Positions 18,481 to 28,768 of a stretch of 64,000 nucleotides of DNA are shown one piece after another. This DNA comes from Syntrophales bacterium. Lineage in GTDB: Bacteria > Desulfobacterota > Syntrophia > Syntrophales > UBA4778. The stretch spans positions 124,001-188,000 of the forward strand of contig CAXXQE010000008.1 in the NCBI GenBank assembly GCA_963665615.2, in the 5' to 3' direction. Below the pieces are notes generated by a model that was given only the letters and a program-made list of their open reading frames with translations, did not search any database and was not told where the DNA came from. Each line of letters opens with the position of its first letter. Within the stretch, counting starts at the first letter, position 1. Both the position numbers and the translations under genes were made by a program.

Positions 18481-20428
18481 CTAAAGCCCCTTCCTCCGGG
18501 TGTGGCACCGCTTCGGTTTCCGGTATAGTCTCCTCAGTCCCTGGTTTTTCCTTAGCGGGGAATTCTATAGAAGGTGGCTGTGATAATCCCCGGATGCGAA
18601 TACAGGTTTCTCGCATCCATTGTGGGATCTCTTCCTCAGTGCATTGCGCCAGAAAATCCGCAAGACCCCAGTTACCCTTCGCCCAACCGAAATAGTCGCT
18701 GACGGCGTTCAGAACATCCGCTTTAGGATCAGGATATTTTTTATTGAGGTGCTTTGGCCATGTCAACAAGTCTACAAAACGTCCGAGAGCATCAGTCGTC
18801 GTATTTTTTAATACAAGGTCTTCAATACCCTTCTCTGTATGCATGAAGAGCTCATCGACCTGGGCTTTTATCGCTGCTTCATTAGCTTCGCTTTGTTTAT
18901 CGCACACGGCGTAAACCGTTTTTCCTAACCCCCGATACAGCCCGCCCAAGTCGGCAATCTGCGATTCAGTTCCGGAATCAATTGTGCAAATGCCGAGCGC
19001 TTCCAGAGAACTGTACTTGGTTGGATCTATCTCTGCGAGGCGGCGGCATACGACAGGAAACGCCGTAGCTTCGGTTGCTCCTTCGGCAAGCAATATGCGA
19101 CGCGAGAGCAATCCTTCACAAAATCTTGTACGGAACTCTTGCCTGTATCGTTTGTGTTTTACGCTTTCTGGCAGATTCACCGCTGCTTGCGTGAGGACAC
19201 CTTCACCAGAGCGCGACAAGACGAGAGTCTCATTGATGCTGAACTCTTCCAGAACGTAGGGCGAATGTGAAGTAAACAGGGATTGGGCGGACAGATTCCG
19301 GATTTCGTGAACGATTCGCTTTTGCGCATAAGGCGGAATAGCGGTTTCCGGTTCCTCCATGGCGAAGATAACATTTTGCTTGTCTTCGGCAATTCGGGAC
19401 AGCATCGCCAGCACCAGCATATTTATAGTACCGGTGCCTTGACGGAAATAAGGTGCGGCGTGGGAACCTTCACCCGTTGCCACAAAGGCTGTAATGACCT
19501 TTCTGAGATGTTCACGGGTCAGAGCCGAGACGCGTAACTGCGGCCCAACGCCCCATTCCTTCGGCACATATTTGTTGAGCGCAGTGTTGATGCTTTGCAG
19601 AACGCCGGTAATCCCGAGTTCCGGTGCACTGGCTACATCGAATGACGCCAGTCCGTTAATGGTGGATTCCCACATTTGTGGCCTGATCTCCTTCAGCCTC
19701 AGAATGATATCCAGCAGACTACCATGTTCGAGACTGAGAGCGCGACCTCCAGTGCGCAAGCTCCTCAGATACAGAAAACCGCAAAATTGCTTGTCACGAC
19801 GTCCAAAAAACTGAGGATTTCCGCCTTCCTCAAGACTGCGTGCGAAATAGGTTTTACCATCGAAGTCATCTTCATCGAAGGCATACTCGCCTATGAAGGT
19901 CACACGCAAAGCTTCGATAATCGTTTGGGCATCGACCCCTTCTACATTGGGAACCGTATAGAATGAACCATCCTCTTTATTCCACCACTCAATGTAATCG
20001 CGAAAGTGTGCCTTCTGTTCGGCAGATAAGCCCGTGATGGTTGCTTCGATCTTTATCTTGGCCGTCTCCGCTACTGCACTTTTCTGTTCTTCCGGGGTGG
20101 GTTCATTTACATGCTCGGTAACTTCATCCGCCCGAACCTCCTCTGTATCTGCTACAGCTCCGTCAATATCGACTTTGCCGGGCACTGCTGACACCACTTC
20201 GGATTCCTCCGATCCGTTGAAATAAACATACCGACCTAAATAAAAATCATGTTCATCGATCGGAGGACGCCGACTCAAGCGATCTGGCCCAAGGACAAGA
20301 TCAATCGCTTCGAGAATGGTTGATTTACCGGTATTATTATCGCCTATAAGAACGACGTGATCCGGGAATAGTAGTTTGGCCGCTTTTATTCCTCTGAAAT
20401 TCTCAATTCTCAGGCGACTTATTTTCAA
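18470..20428 (-). CDS. gajA: OLD-family ATP-dependent nuclease (ABC ATPase plus TOPRIM), Gabija GajA-like
   Basis: IENFRGI, GDNNTGKST, MEEPE, TSHSP, LAEGATE and VCD motifs; TTG start after GGAGGG. Confidence 0.85.
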   Translation of the reverse strand: MKISRLRIENFRGIKAAKLLFPDHVVLIGDNNTGKSTILEAIDLVLGPDRLSRRPPIDEHDFYLGRYVYFNGSEESEVVSAVPGKVDIDGAVADTEEVRADEVTEHVNEPTPEEQKSAVAETAKIKIEATITGLSAEQKAHFRDYIEWWNKEDGSFYTVPNVEGVDAQTIIEALRVTFIGEYAFDEDDFDGKTYFARSLEEGGNPQFFGRRDKQFCGFLYLRSLRTGGRALSLEHGSLLDIILRLKEIRPQMWESTINGLASFDVASAPELGITGVLQSINTALNKYVPKEWGVGPQLRVSALTREHLRKVITAFVATGEGSHAAPYFRQGTGTINMLVLAMLSRIAEDKQNVIFAMEEPETAIPPYAQKRIVHEIRNLSAQSLFTSHSPYVLEEFSINETLVLSRSGEGVLTQAAVNLPESVKHKRYRQEFRTRFCEGLLSRRILLAEGATEATAFPVVCRRLAEIDPTKYSSLEALGICTIDSGTESQIADLGGLYRGLGKTVYAVCDKQSEANEAAIKAQVDELFMHTEKGIEDLVLKNTTTDALGRFVDLLTWPKHLNKKYPDPKADVLNAVSDYFGWAKGNWGLADFLAQCTEEEIPQWMRETCIRIRGLSQPPSIEFPAKEKPGTEETIPETEAVPHPEEGALGGF

Positions 20429-20938
20429 TGTTCCCTCCAATACTCAAGATAGATTCATCTATGTAATTCTAACTTAACGTTCGAGGTGGCCGTAAGCAGC
20501 ATGCTTTATAGTGCCCCATAACATGATTTTCGATTGTAAGCTACCATGTCCTACAGGTATGACAAGAAAACCATTTCAGGAAGGAGCGAAAGGCCGCTGA
20601 TCTTGAGAATGGCCGTCAAAAACCGTACCCTTTGACCGGCTCGTTATTTCTTAGATTTCTTGTCAAAGGGCTTAAGGTGCAGGATAGGCAGATCCTTGGG
20701 AATGGCCAGGGACAAGGGTGAAATGTTTGTGCGAGGCATAAGCATTGGCATAAAAACAATCTTATAATTTTGAAGGGGGAGCTTGCAGTAGAGAAGGCTG
20801 CGCTTCTTAGACAGAAAATATTGTGAGTTTACAGCTTATCAGGTTGCGAACTTGTCTTGGCTGAGAAAGGGGCGATGCTCAGAATGCATTCCTGCATAAA
20901 AAATACTCTGAGTTGACGACGCAAACTTTAAACTGCGT

Positions 20939-21181
20939 TCACAGTTCATCATCTTTACGCCAAAGCCGATTGATCAACTTCCAGGTGATTATATCGTTCT
21001 TGTCATTATTTTCTTTTTCAGCCCAGTGTACTAGGATGATCCCCATTATGACCGCTATCGCAAGCACGATAAGAATCGTGTTAATCCCTGCATCTTTCAA
21101 GAAAAAAATCAGGAGGCTCAGGAGAACAAGCAGAACAATTATCTGGCCGCGAGTTGCGCGCTTGAAAAATCGTTTGAACAT
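20939..21181 (-). CDS. Small two-TM membrane protein, function unknown
   Basis: 80 aa with two hydrophobic helices; GAGG RBS; directly follows abiEii. Confidence 0.55.
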   Translation of the reverse strand: MFKRFFKRATRGQIIVLLVLLSLLIFFLKDAGINTILIVLAIAVIMGIILVHWAEKENNDKNDIITWKLINRLWRKDDEL

Positions 21182-21197
21182 AGCGTTGCCTCATTTT

Positions 21198-22084
21198 CTA
21201 ACCAGTGATCTTGCGAGCCAAATCCGAAATCGCCCTGAACGCCTTTTCAAAATCGAATGCGTCATAATCGATTGATCTTAATACCGGCTTGAGCTGCGTT
21301 TCAAGCTGAGAGATCAACTCATTTTTCCGGGAGCCGGTTACATCGACTTCATCATTGTCGGGAATCTGAAGCTTCTTTTTCACAAGATCGACAAGATGTT
21401 GATCTTCAAGATTAAGGCCAAGATGGGATATGGCATAATCGATATCATAAAAATCCCGAATTGCAGGCTCTCTTCGCGTCAGCGCTGCGCGTAGCTTTTC
21501 CGCATAGGTCTCTTCGAGCGTCAAGACCGTGGTCTCGAATTCCCGAATCTCGGACATACTCGTGAACGGGTTTTCAAGAAGCGTTCTCACTTTTCCCATT
21601 ACAGGCGCAATCACTACCTCTTCCCGAAGTCCGACTTCGATCTTGATCCGGCCAAGACCGGAGCTTACAAACGTTGGATAGGCGATCTGAGCCACGTATT
21701 GCTTGGAGTTGTTGAATCCGACCAGTTTCTGCTCGACCTTGAATATCGAATCCTGTTTTTCGAGCGACGACACCCACTCCTTGACCGGAGAGATCACCCG
21801 GCTGCGATCAGACCGGGTGGCATCCGGCGACAAGGAAATCCCAAAATCGAGATCCTCGCTCAACCTGTAGAAGCCTGCATGTATTTTGCTCAGGCTCGTG
21901 CCTCCCTTGAAGACAGGCGGCTCCGCGCAACCCATGCTAAGATCGGCCAGGAGCACGGAACAAAAATAATCCTTTTCCACGAGCGCAGCATTCAGGCCGG
22001 TTTTCGCGCGGTGTGGAGGACCGCTTCCCGGAAAAGAGTTTCGTCCTCGTGAAATGCAATTTTAATCGGTAAAGATTTTGCCAT
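21198..22084 (-). pseudogene. abiEii: AbiEii/AbiGii nucleotidyltransferase toxin, frameshifted near codon 28
   Basis: Frame 1 from ATG 22084 reads MAKSLPIKIAFHEDETLFREAVLHTARK-PA*. A second frame continues TGLNAALVEKDYF...VFKGGTSLSK...RLSEDLDF...AEKLRA...RDFYD. One A appears to be missing from the run at 22001-22004. Confidence 0.8.
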
Positions 22085-22892
22085 TGATGATCAACCCCCA
22101 CTCTTTATCCACGGCTCCTTTGGATGAACCTTTCGGAATCAACTTTATGAGAGACTTGATAGAACCGGCTTTCTTTTGAAAACTCTTGAGCGCGCTCGTT
22201 TGAACGCCGGCTTCGGAAAGGAGATATCCGATCCGGCGGAGGGTGCCCTTGTTGCCGTATTTCAACGCGACTTTGATAAATTTCTCCCGGAATTCCGGAT
22301 CGCTTTTGATGGACGTTAAAATCCAGCGATACGCACGCGGGATTGTGTCGTATCTCGACCAGTCGTAAACCGCGTCCAGGAGCGCCCTGGCCTTCGTCAC
22401 CATACAAATCTTCTCTCCGAGTGGTGTTTCCGACTCAGAGACGGCCCCGATACGGTCGCCGGAAGTCTTGATGAAGACGAAATCGAATCCGCCGATGTTC
22501 TTCTCGCCGTAAATCCGGTTGTTGTAAACATAGACCCGATTCGGCACTTGATTGTCGAAGCCGTAAAAATTGAACGCGTTGGGACCGCTGACCTGGTATC
22601 GGCCTTTCAGTTCCTTCATCAGCATGAAGAGGATGTAATTTTCGCTGACCGCCAATTGTCCGCCTGCCGGGATGCGAGGCGGAACCAGGTAGGCCCCGCG
22701 CTTCAGCCATACAATCATCCCGGAACGATTCAGTCTGCTGAGCAATTCCCTCTCCTGCTTGGGCGTGATCTTGAGCGCGGCGGAGATGTCCCCTGTGCGG
22801 ACGACTTCCAGCTTTCGCATCTGAACATACGCGAGGAGCCTCATTTCGAGGGAACCGAGTTTTGTTTTAGGCTGTTTTGTATTATTACGCAT
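22062..22892 (-). CDS. abiEi: AbiEi type IV antitoxin / autoregulator
   Basis: N-terminal wHTH (LLSRLNRSGMIVWLKRGAY), SGPNAFNFYGF, ALLDAVYDW, RRIGYLL, DKEWGLIIN; start MRNNTKQ at 22892. Confidence 0.85.
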   Translation of the reverse strand: MRNNTKQPKTKLGSLEMRLLAYVQMRKLEVVRTGDISAALKITPKQERELLSRLNRSGMIVWLKRGAYLVPPRIPAGGQLAVSENYILFMLMKELKGRYQVSGPNAFNFYGFDNQVPNRVYVYNNRIYGEKNIGGFDFVFIKTSGDRIGAVSESETPLGEKICMVTKARALLDAVYDWSRYDTIPRAYRWILTSIKSDPEFREKFIKVALKYGNKGTLRRIGYLLSEAGVQTSALKSFQKKAGSIKSLIKLIPKGSSKGAVDKEWGLIINGKIFTD

Positions 22893-22948
22893 AAATTGTC
22901 TTCCATGCAATTTATGCGTAATATAATAAAATACGTTGAGGAGGTCAA
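22883..22948 (-). promoter_or_regulatory. abiE promoter and operator
   Basis: Minus strand TTGACC (22948-22943), N17, TATATT (22925-22920). Perfect inverted repeat TATTACGCATAAATTG-N9-CAATTTATGCGTAATA at 22883-22923 covers the start codon. Confidence 0.8.
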
Positions 22949-22986
22949 TTGTTTTTCTACGAAACAGGTGAAGAGCATGCAGGATC

Positions 22987-23298
22987 TTATCTGTCCATCT
23001 CGACATAGGCCAGAAGTTTTCCCTTCGAGATATCGTCGATTTCGATGGTCCCCTGGAGAACGATGCAGCTTTCGAAATAACCGCTCACGGCAATGTGGAG
23101 ACGGTTGGTAGCCTTCAAGGACTCAATGGTCTCGGCCTTCAGGCTGAGAAAGTGTTCCTGCCCGATCTTCAGATAGGGATCGTTCTCTATCCGCACGACA
23201 TCGAGCGACAATCCCGGACTTAGCGAGATCCCTTTTTCGAAAATCACAAGAAGTCCCCCGTTCGCCTTCATGTATTTGTATGCTGTGAACATCGTCAT
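22987..23298 (-). CDS. Hypothetical protein directly downstream of traG
   Basis: 103 aa ORF with GAGG RBS, last gene of the tra operon. Confidence 0.6.
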   Translation of the reverse strand: MTMFTAYKYMKANGGLLVIFEKGISLSPGLSLDVVRIENDPYLKIGQEHFLSLKAETIESLKATNRLHIAVSGYFESCIVLQGTIEIDDISKGKLLAYVEMDR

Positions 23299-23319
23299 CC
23301 TCGCCTTTCAAAAGGAAAA

Positions 23320-26300
23320 TCATGGAACAGGATCTTCAGTGTGCCGAGGCGACACTTCGCCCTTCACTGTTTCGCCACCTTCAATATGAGGCCAGCCTTT
23401 GGGTTTCTGCAATTTGAAATTATTCCCGAGGTCGCCCAGTTGTTTCACACTTCCTACTGCGCCCCCAATTGTCGCCATACCATCCATAGCGGCAGCCGTC
23501 CCGACCGCCACCGTTTCTCCGCCAACCTTTCTCACCCCCTCCGTGACTGTGCCACTTGCGCTGACGCCCATGTTGATGTTCAGCCGATCCTGGTTCTGCG
23601 TACGGACGCTCCCGATCGTGCTCTCGGAGGTCAGGACATCACCAGTCAGGGGAACAATGGTTTCCCGTGTCGCACCGTCAGGAGTTAGCCGAAAGGAATT
23701 TACGAGGTGATTGATATTTCCGGAGACGAGGACGGGCTTCCGGAATGTTGGGTCATAAACCATCACTCGATGTCCTCCGCTCATGGAGGCGTCCTCGACG
23801 ATGCTCACGCTGTAACCTCTTCCCCGGAATCCGGAGACGCTTTCCCGAAAATCGTCGTAACTCACACTGTGTGATCCGCCCACCCGGTCGGTATAGTTGC
23901 TGTATACCCTCCTGAGGTTTCCTTCCTCCGCCCTGGAGATATCGTACCTTGCGACGTCGCGTCCGCTTCTCCCGAAGGTTCCCACTTGGAACTGCTTTCC
24001 GCTGGACCGGTTGGTGAAGAGGAGTTCTCCCTGTTCTCCCCAGGCCATGCGGTAATCACCCGCGCCGGGAAGACCGTAGCGCCTTGCCTCCGAAGCGCCC
24101 ACGGCGATATCCGCGGTCCGGTGCCGGTCCGCGGCAAACCGCTCGAAATCCACTCCTTTTGATTCGGCGAAGGACCGGAGTTGCCGCCACCGGGCCACGT
24201 CATCAATCACGGCGTCCCTTCTGGCATCCAAAAAAGCGTCTTCTCCAACTGATTCAACACCTCGCTTGGTGCCCACGGTTTGAAGCGCGTCAATCTTCCC
24301 TTTGGTGTCGCCTAATTCACTGGCTTCGAGGCCGAGCTTGCGGCCTTCAATAATCGCACCCGACGTCCTGCGGACATCATAATCCGCTACTGCGGCGTAA
24401 CCGGCAGTCCCATCCCCGCTGCCGACATCCTTCATGGCCTCGTCGTACTTCATTGCGCCGAAGTAGCGCCTCTTCCCCTCCACGGCGGACTGATCGGCCT
24501 GGAAATCGAAGAAACTGCCGGGATGGCCGCTTTCACCAAAGGCTTCGAGATCACCTTCGGTCTTGCCCAGCCCGGAAATGTTCCCGGCCCTGAGGAGATC
24601 CCGCGAACGGTCGAGACCTACTTCTGCCATTCCCGCGCCCCCTGCCGCACGGGGCAGCATGCCGCCTACAGTCGCGTCCGCATGCAGGCCGGCCAGTCGA
24701 TCCGCCCCGAAGGTATCACGCATGGTCATCATCCCCACCGTGGAACCCACGCGCCGGGCCGTTTCCAGGCCGGCATAGTCCTGCACGCTCCAACGGTTTG
24801 CATTCGACCAGGTCGGAATTGAGGCCCGGGCAGACTCCACGACCCGCGCCGATCCCTCCGGCATGACAGCCTGGCCGGCTGCCTGTGTCCCTTGAGACTG
24901 CACTGTCCCGGAGATTGTTCCCGCCATCATGGCCAAGGCGTGGCCGCCGAATCGGACGAGCATGCCCGTAATTACCGTGGCGAGCATGATGCCGGAGGTC
25001 CGAATGAGGCCAAACATGGCGAGGGCTTTGAGCGAGGCATCCGGCATGTTCATGATTGCGGCGAACCCCAGGCTGTTTTGGCGAACGTACTCGAATACCC
25101 CATAGGCATAGTCTGTAGCGATCCCGTGCGTTACGGCGTCCGTCACCCCCCAGGCCGTTAGCCAGATGAACATCCCCGTGACCAGGCCAAGGGCCTTTCC
25201 GACCAGGGGCGTGGGAATGAAAATGACTAAAATTGGGATAAGTCCGATGGCCACGGCTGTGATCACTGCCCTGGCCACCGGGAGCCACTCGTTGGCAGCT
25301 ATCCCCATTCCGAGCCCTCCAGACATGATGCTTCTGGATACAAGACCCTTCAGGGCGAGGTCCGGATTCGCATCAAGGAGCATGTCATTCAACACCTCGG
25401 CCATATAGACTTGCCGCATGAAGTTGGGCGCCGGGATCGAGAAGGCGCCTCCCTCCACATAGGAGGCGTAATTGGAGATGATCTCCGTGCATTTCGTCAG
25501 TTCCGCTGCATTGTCCGTGTTGAAACCCGCGTCCGCGCAGGCATAGCGGATCGTGTCGCCCATATTGAGGGGATCGCTGAAGTAGCTTTGCAGGCTGGTC
25601 CAGGCGTCCGCACAGGACAGGGTCGTGCCCGTGCGCTCGGATTCGGAGTATTGAACCGTGAAGACCGCGGGGTTGGCCGCCTGGGCATACTGGCTCATGA
25701 AATCCGTGCTGGCGCTCGCGACGTCGTTCACGCTGAGAGCGGTTCCGGGACGCTGCAATTCAAAGAAGACGCAGTCTTTGGTGTAGCGCTTGAGCGATTC
25801 GTCCACATACTGGTCGCGGATCTTGAGGTGCCCCGCGGTGGCCTTGAGAAGCATGTCGAAGCCGATCCCGCCCGCATAGTCCTGGTAACTCTGGGGCGTA
25901 GCTGCCACGGAGATGATGTCCACGAGTCCGCGCTCGACCTTGTTCAGGATGCCGGCCACGGCCACGATCCCGTCCGGAACGTTCCCCACGGTCTGAAACC
26001 GGTTGAGGACCGGATCGTAAACCGTGATATTCCCCGTGGGGATCATGAGACCGAGGTAGAAGCAGACCCCCAATCCCACGGGCCAGGCCCAGGAGAGAGG
26101 TGATCCCCTGGAGCCCTTGAGAAGCTGGAAGTAAACCGTGGCCCCTGCGAAGAAGATCCCGAGTGCTGTGATTGTGAAGAAGAGCGCCCGGTAGCCGTTA
26201 TCGGAAAAGATCAGGGCGATCTTCTGGAAAGCCGTGACGACTGCCCGGAAACCGTTATAGGTGTAGTATTCCATATCGAGGGCGTGAGCGTCGGCTGCAA

Positions 26301-26367
26301 CCGAGAGCGCAATCCCGATCAAAATCAGCGTGAGCAATGTCTTTCCGGCGATTCGCATTGGTTTCAC
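23320..26367 (-). CDS. traG: F-type mating pair stabilisation protein TraG
   Basis: YYTYNG N-terminus, multi-TM TraG_N region with Cys residues, long soluble tail; follows traH. Confidence 0.88.
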   Translation of the reverse strand: MKPMRIAGKTLLTLILIGIALSVAADAHALDMEYYTYNGFRAVVTAFQKIALIFSDNGYRALFFTITALGIFFAGATVYFQLLKGSRGSPLSWAWPVGLGVCFYLGLMIPTGNITVYDPVLNRFQTVGNVPDGIVAVAGILNKVERGLVDIISVAATPQSYQDYAGGIGFDMLLKATAGHLKIRDQYVDESLKRYTKDCVFFELQRPGTALSVNDVASASTDFMSQYAQAANPAVFTVQYSESERTGTTLSCADAWTSLQSYFSDPLNMGDTIRYACADAGFNTDNAAELTKCTEIISNYASYVEGGAFSIPAPNFMRQVYMAEVLNDMLLDANPDLALKGLVSRSIMSGGLGMGIAANEWLPVARAVITAVAIGLIPILVIFIPTPLVGKALGLVTGMFIWLTAWGVTDAVTHGIATDYAYGVFEYVRQNSLGFAAIMNMPDASLKALAMFGLIRTSGIMLATVITGMLVRFGGHALAMMAGTISGTVQSQGTQAAGQAVMPEGSARVVESARASIPTWSNANRWSVQDYAGLETARRVGSTVGMMTMRDTFGADRLAGLHADATVGGMLPRAAGGAGMAEVGLDRSRDLLRAGNISGLGKTEGDLEAFGESGHPGSFFDFQADQSAVEGKRRYFGAMKYDEAMKDVGSGDGTAGYAAVADYDVRRTSGAIIEGRKLGLEASELGDTKGKIDALQTVGTKRGVESVGEDAFLDARRDAVIDDVARWRQLRSFAESKGVDFERFAADRHRTADIAVGASEARRYGLPGAGDYRMAWGEQGELLFTNRSSGKQFQVGTFGRSGRDVARYDISRAEEGNLRRVYSNYTDRVGGSHSVSYDDFRESVSGFRGRGYSVSIVEDASMSGGHRVMVYDPTFRKPVLVSGNINHLVNSFRLTPDGATRETIVPLTGDVLTSESTIGSVRTQNQDRLNINMGVSASGTVTEGVRKVGGETVAVGTAAAMDGMATIGGAVGSVKQLGDLGNNFKLQKPKGWPHIEGGETVKGEVSPRHTEDPVP

Positions 26368-26377
26368 TCAATCGCTT

Positions 26378-27841
26378 TCAATGTGACAGGGAGCGCGCCG
26401 CGACAGCCGTCCCGAACTTTGAAGAGAGCATACTCTGGGCGAGCTTATCGAACCGCTCCATCTTGTCCACCAGGTTGTAAACGCCCATCACCTCCTGGAC
26501 CGAGGCCGCATAAGACTTCCGAACGCCGCTCACCATCTCCGCGATCCGGGTCTGCATCTCGACCGTGCCGTCCATGGCCCCCGCGAGCATCTCGACCTTG
26601 CAGAGGTGTTCTTTCTGGTCCTGTAGTGCCCCGGGTTGGGCCTGGGCCAGACTCCTCGCCTTGTCCATGACATTCCATGCCTTGGTGTAAAGATCGGAGA
26701 GGAGCTGGAAGGCGTAAGCCTTGGCGGTCACGTCCGAGAGGGTGCTGATAATCGAGTCTTCTTGGTTCGTTCCCACAGCTGTTTTGAGGACGAGCCCGAT
26801 GGAGAGAGGGCTCGCGTTCACGAAGGCGTTGTCCTCATCCGACAGAACGGCTTTCGCCTTGATCTTGGAGGCGATCCCGGTCATCTTCGTGCGGATGTAA
26901 TTCGTCAGATCGGCATTGGCGTCACCGATCTTGGTGCAGGCGCCACCCGTGGGCCGGGCATAGACACTTCCGTCGAGGAGATTATCGAAGGAGGCGTAAC
27001 GGTTCTCGTCGCAGGGGGGCGTGTGTCCCACCTGAAAACCCGCATCACCGGCATCGATGATGGTCAGGTCGCCAACCAACCCCCGGAGCATGTCGAGGTA
27101 CGGCTGATTGGTCAGTCCGATCTTGGCGGCGATGTTGTCGATAACCGACCCGCTCGTGCCGAAGACGTCCTTGATGTCCTGGGAGCAGCCTGCGAGCGCC
27201 TGCTTCATGTTCGTGATGGGCTTGTTCGTGTTGGCGTTTGTCTGGTCGCTGATACTCTTCCAGAGATCGTTGATCCCCGAGGACTGCATGAAGTCCCCTT
27301 GGATGCTCGCGAGCTTGGCCTGCTTGTCCTTGGTGTCGGCGAGGGACGGGGGCACCATGGTGGCCACGAGCGCGCGACCCGCCTTGCACTCATCGAGCTG
27401 GAGGTTGTTCAGGGTGTTGGTGATCGCTTCCAGGGACTTAATCGTTTTCGAGCAGGGCTCGCACAGGACGTTGAGGGCGATATCGAAGGCGGCCGCCGGA
27501 GCTGCCTGCATGATCCGCTGGAGCTTGGTCACGAGGTACTCGAAGTTGAGATAAGAGAAGCCCCCCAGAAAGACGTCGATTCCGCCGCAGCCCGCCTTCA
27601 CCTTTGGAGGCATGGCCGTGAAGAGATAGTCGTTGTTCTGCTGCCATCTGGCTGAGAAACTCCCGGCGTTAAAATAACCCCGCTTCTGCCCCTCGAAGTA
27701 GCCGGGAGAAGTCTCCGTTTTCTGCGTGATCCAGTCATCCACCCAGCCCGCCAGAAGCACTCCTGTGCTGAAGGGTGAAAAGAGGAAACCAACGGCCACG
27801 AGCACTGCGATCACTTTTATGAAAAAGCTTTTCTTGTCCAT
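26378..27841 (-). CDS. traH: F-type pilus assembly protein TraH
   Basis: QKRGYFNAGS, PPKVKAGCGGIDVFLGGFSY, AFDIAL..LC..C motifs. Confidence 0.92.
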   Translation of the reverse strand: MDKKSFFIKVIAVLVAVGFLFSPFSTGVLLAGWVDDWITQKTETSPGYFEGQKRGYFNAGSFSARWQQNNDYLFTAMPPKVKAGCGGIDVFLGGFSYLNFEYLVTKLQRIMQAAPAAAFDIALNVLCEPCSKTIKSLEAITNTLNNLQLDECKAGRALVATMVPPSLADTKDKQAKLASIQGDFMQSSGINDLWKSISDQTNANTNKPITNMKQALAGCSQDIKDVFGTSGSVIDNIAAKIGLTNQPYLDMLRGLVGDLTIIDAGDAGFQVGHTPPCDENRYASFDNLLDGSVYARPTGGACTKIGDANADLTNYIRTKMTGIASKIKAKAVLSDEDNAFVNASPLSIGLVLKTAVGTNQEDSIISTLSDVTAKAYAFQLLSDLYTKAWNVMDKARSLAQAQPGALQDQKEHLCKVEMLAGAMDGTVEMQTRIAEMVSGVRKSYAASVQEVMGVYNLVDKMERFDKLAQSMLSSKFGTAVAARSLSH

Positions 27842-27853
27842 AACCCGATACCT

Positions 27854-28768
27854 CTATTTCTTGTTCCGCCTGAGCGGGACATTCACGTCGAAGGCACCGC
27901 CGCGCTGAAATTCGTAAAGGGAATACTCCTCCGGCGTGATCTCTTTTTTCAGGAGTCGAATTCCCCGATAGAGCTTCTCCTCAATCTCGGAGAGGGACGC
28001 CACGCCAGCCGAGACCGCGATGTGGTCTTTGCTCCCCCGGTAGACGAGTAGGAGGGTCGGTGTCGTCTCGATCCCGAAGACCGCAGTGATCCCCGCCTCC
28101 TGCTCTGTATCGATCTCGCGGATCTCCCAGCCATACTTGTCGATGAAGTGGTTGAGAATCGCTTTTTGCTCAACGCAGTAGGGGCAGCCCACGGCGGAGA
28201 AGAGGATGAGCGCGAAATCGTCTCTGGCAGACCGGATCTTGGCCTCGATCTCACCGGTTTCGAGGGCTACCGCCGCGTTTCTTCCCGGCGCCGTGATCGG
28301 ATAGTCGGCTGCCACAGCCAGATCCGGGTACTTCTGCATGACCATGGCCGTGGCGTTGGCGAAGGCAAGTGACTTTCTCCGGGCGATGTCCTGGACAACA
28401 TAGTATTCCCTCACGTTCTCCTCCGATGGAACCCGGACGGCCTTTTTCTGAAAGGCCATGAGGAGAGTCTGGAAATCATCAGGGTACATATTCCAGAGTG
28501 TCTCCATCGGGTAGTCGGAGAGCACAGGAACTCGTATCTGATTATCCATCGTTTTCTTTTCATGAACTGTTTGCTTCTCGGGCGTTTTCTCATACCACCA
28601 CCATCCTCGTTTGATATCTCCATAGTACGGCTTAGCGTTTTCGCTGCTAGGCGCCGTATCTTCAGCGTAAAGGCAGCACAAAGAACCCAGAGCCGGAATC
28701 AAAAAGGCCGCAACAAAAAGAACGAGCTTCAGCCGCCCCGGCTGTTCGTCAGAAGATCGGATAGGCAA
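27854..28768 (-). CDS. traF: F-type TraF thioredoxin-like protein
   Basis: RGWWWYE, PSEENVREY, CPYC and TPTL motifs. Confidence 0.9.
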   Translation of the reverse strand: MPIRSSDEQPGRLKLVLFVAAFLIPALGSLCCLYAEDTAPSSENAKPYYGDIKRGWWWYEKTPEKQTVHEKKTMDNQIRVPVLSDYPMETLWNMYPDDFQTLLMAFQKKAVRVPSEENVREYYVVQDIARRKSLAFANATAMVMQKYPDLAVAADYPITAPGRNAAVALETGEIEAKIRSARDDFALILFSAVGCPYCVEQKAILNHFIDKYGWEIREIDTEQEAGITAVFGIETTPTLLLVYRGSKDHIAVSAGVASLSEIEEKLYRGIRLLKKEITPEEYSLYEFQRGGAFDVNVPLRRNKK

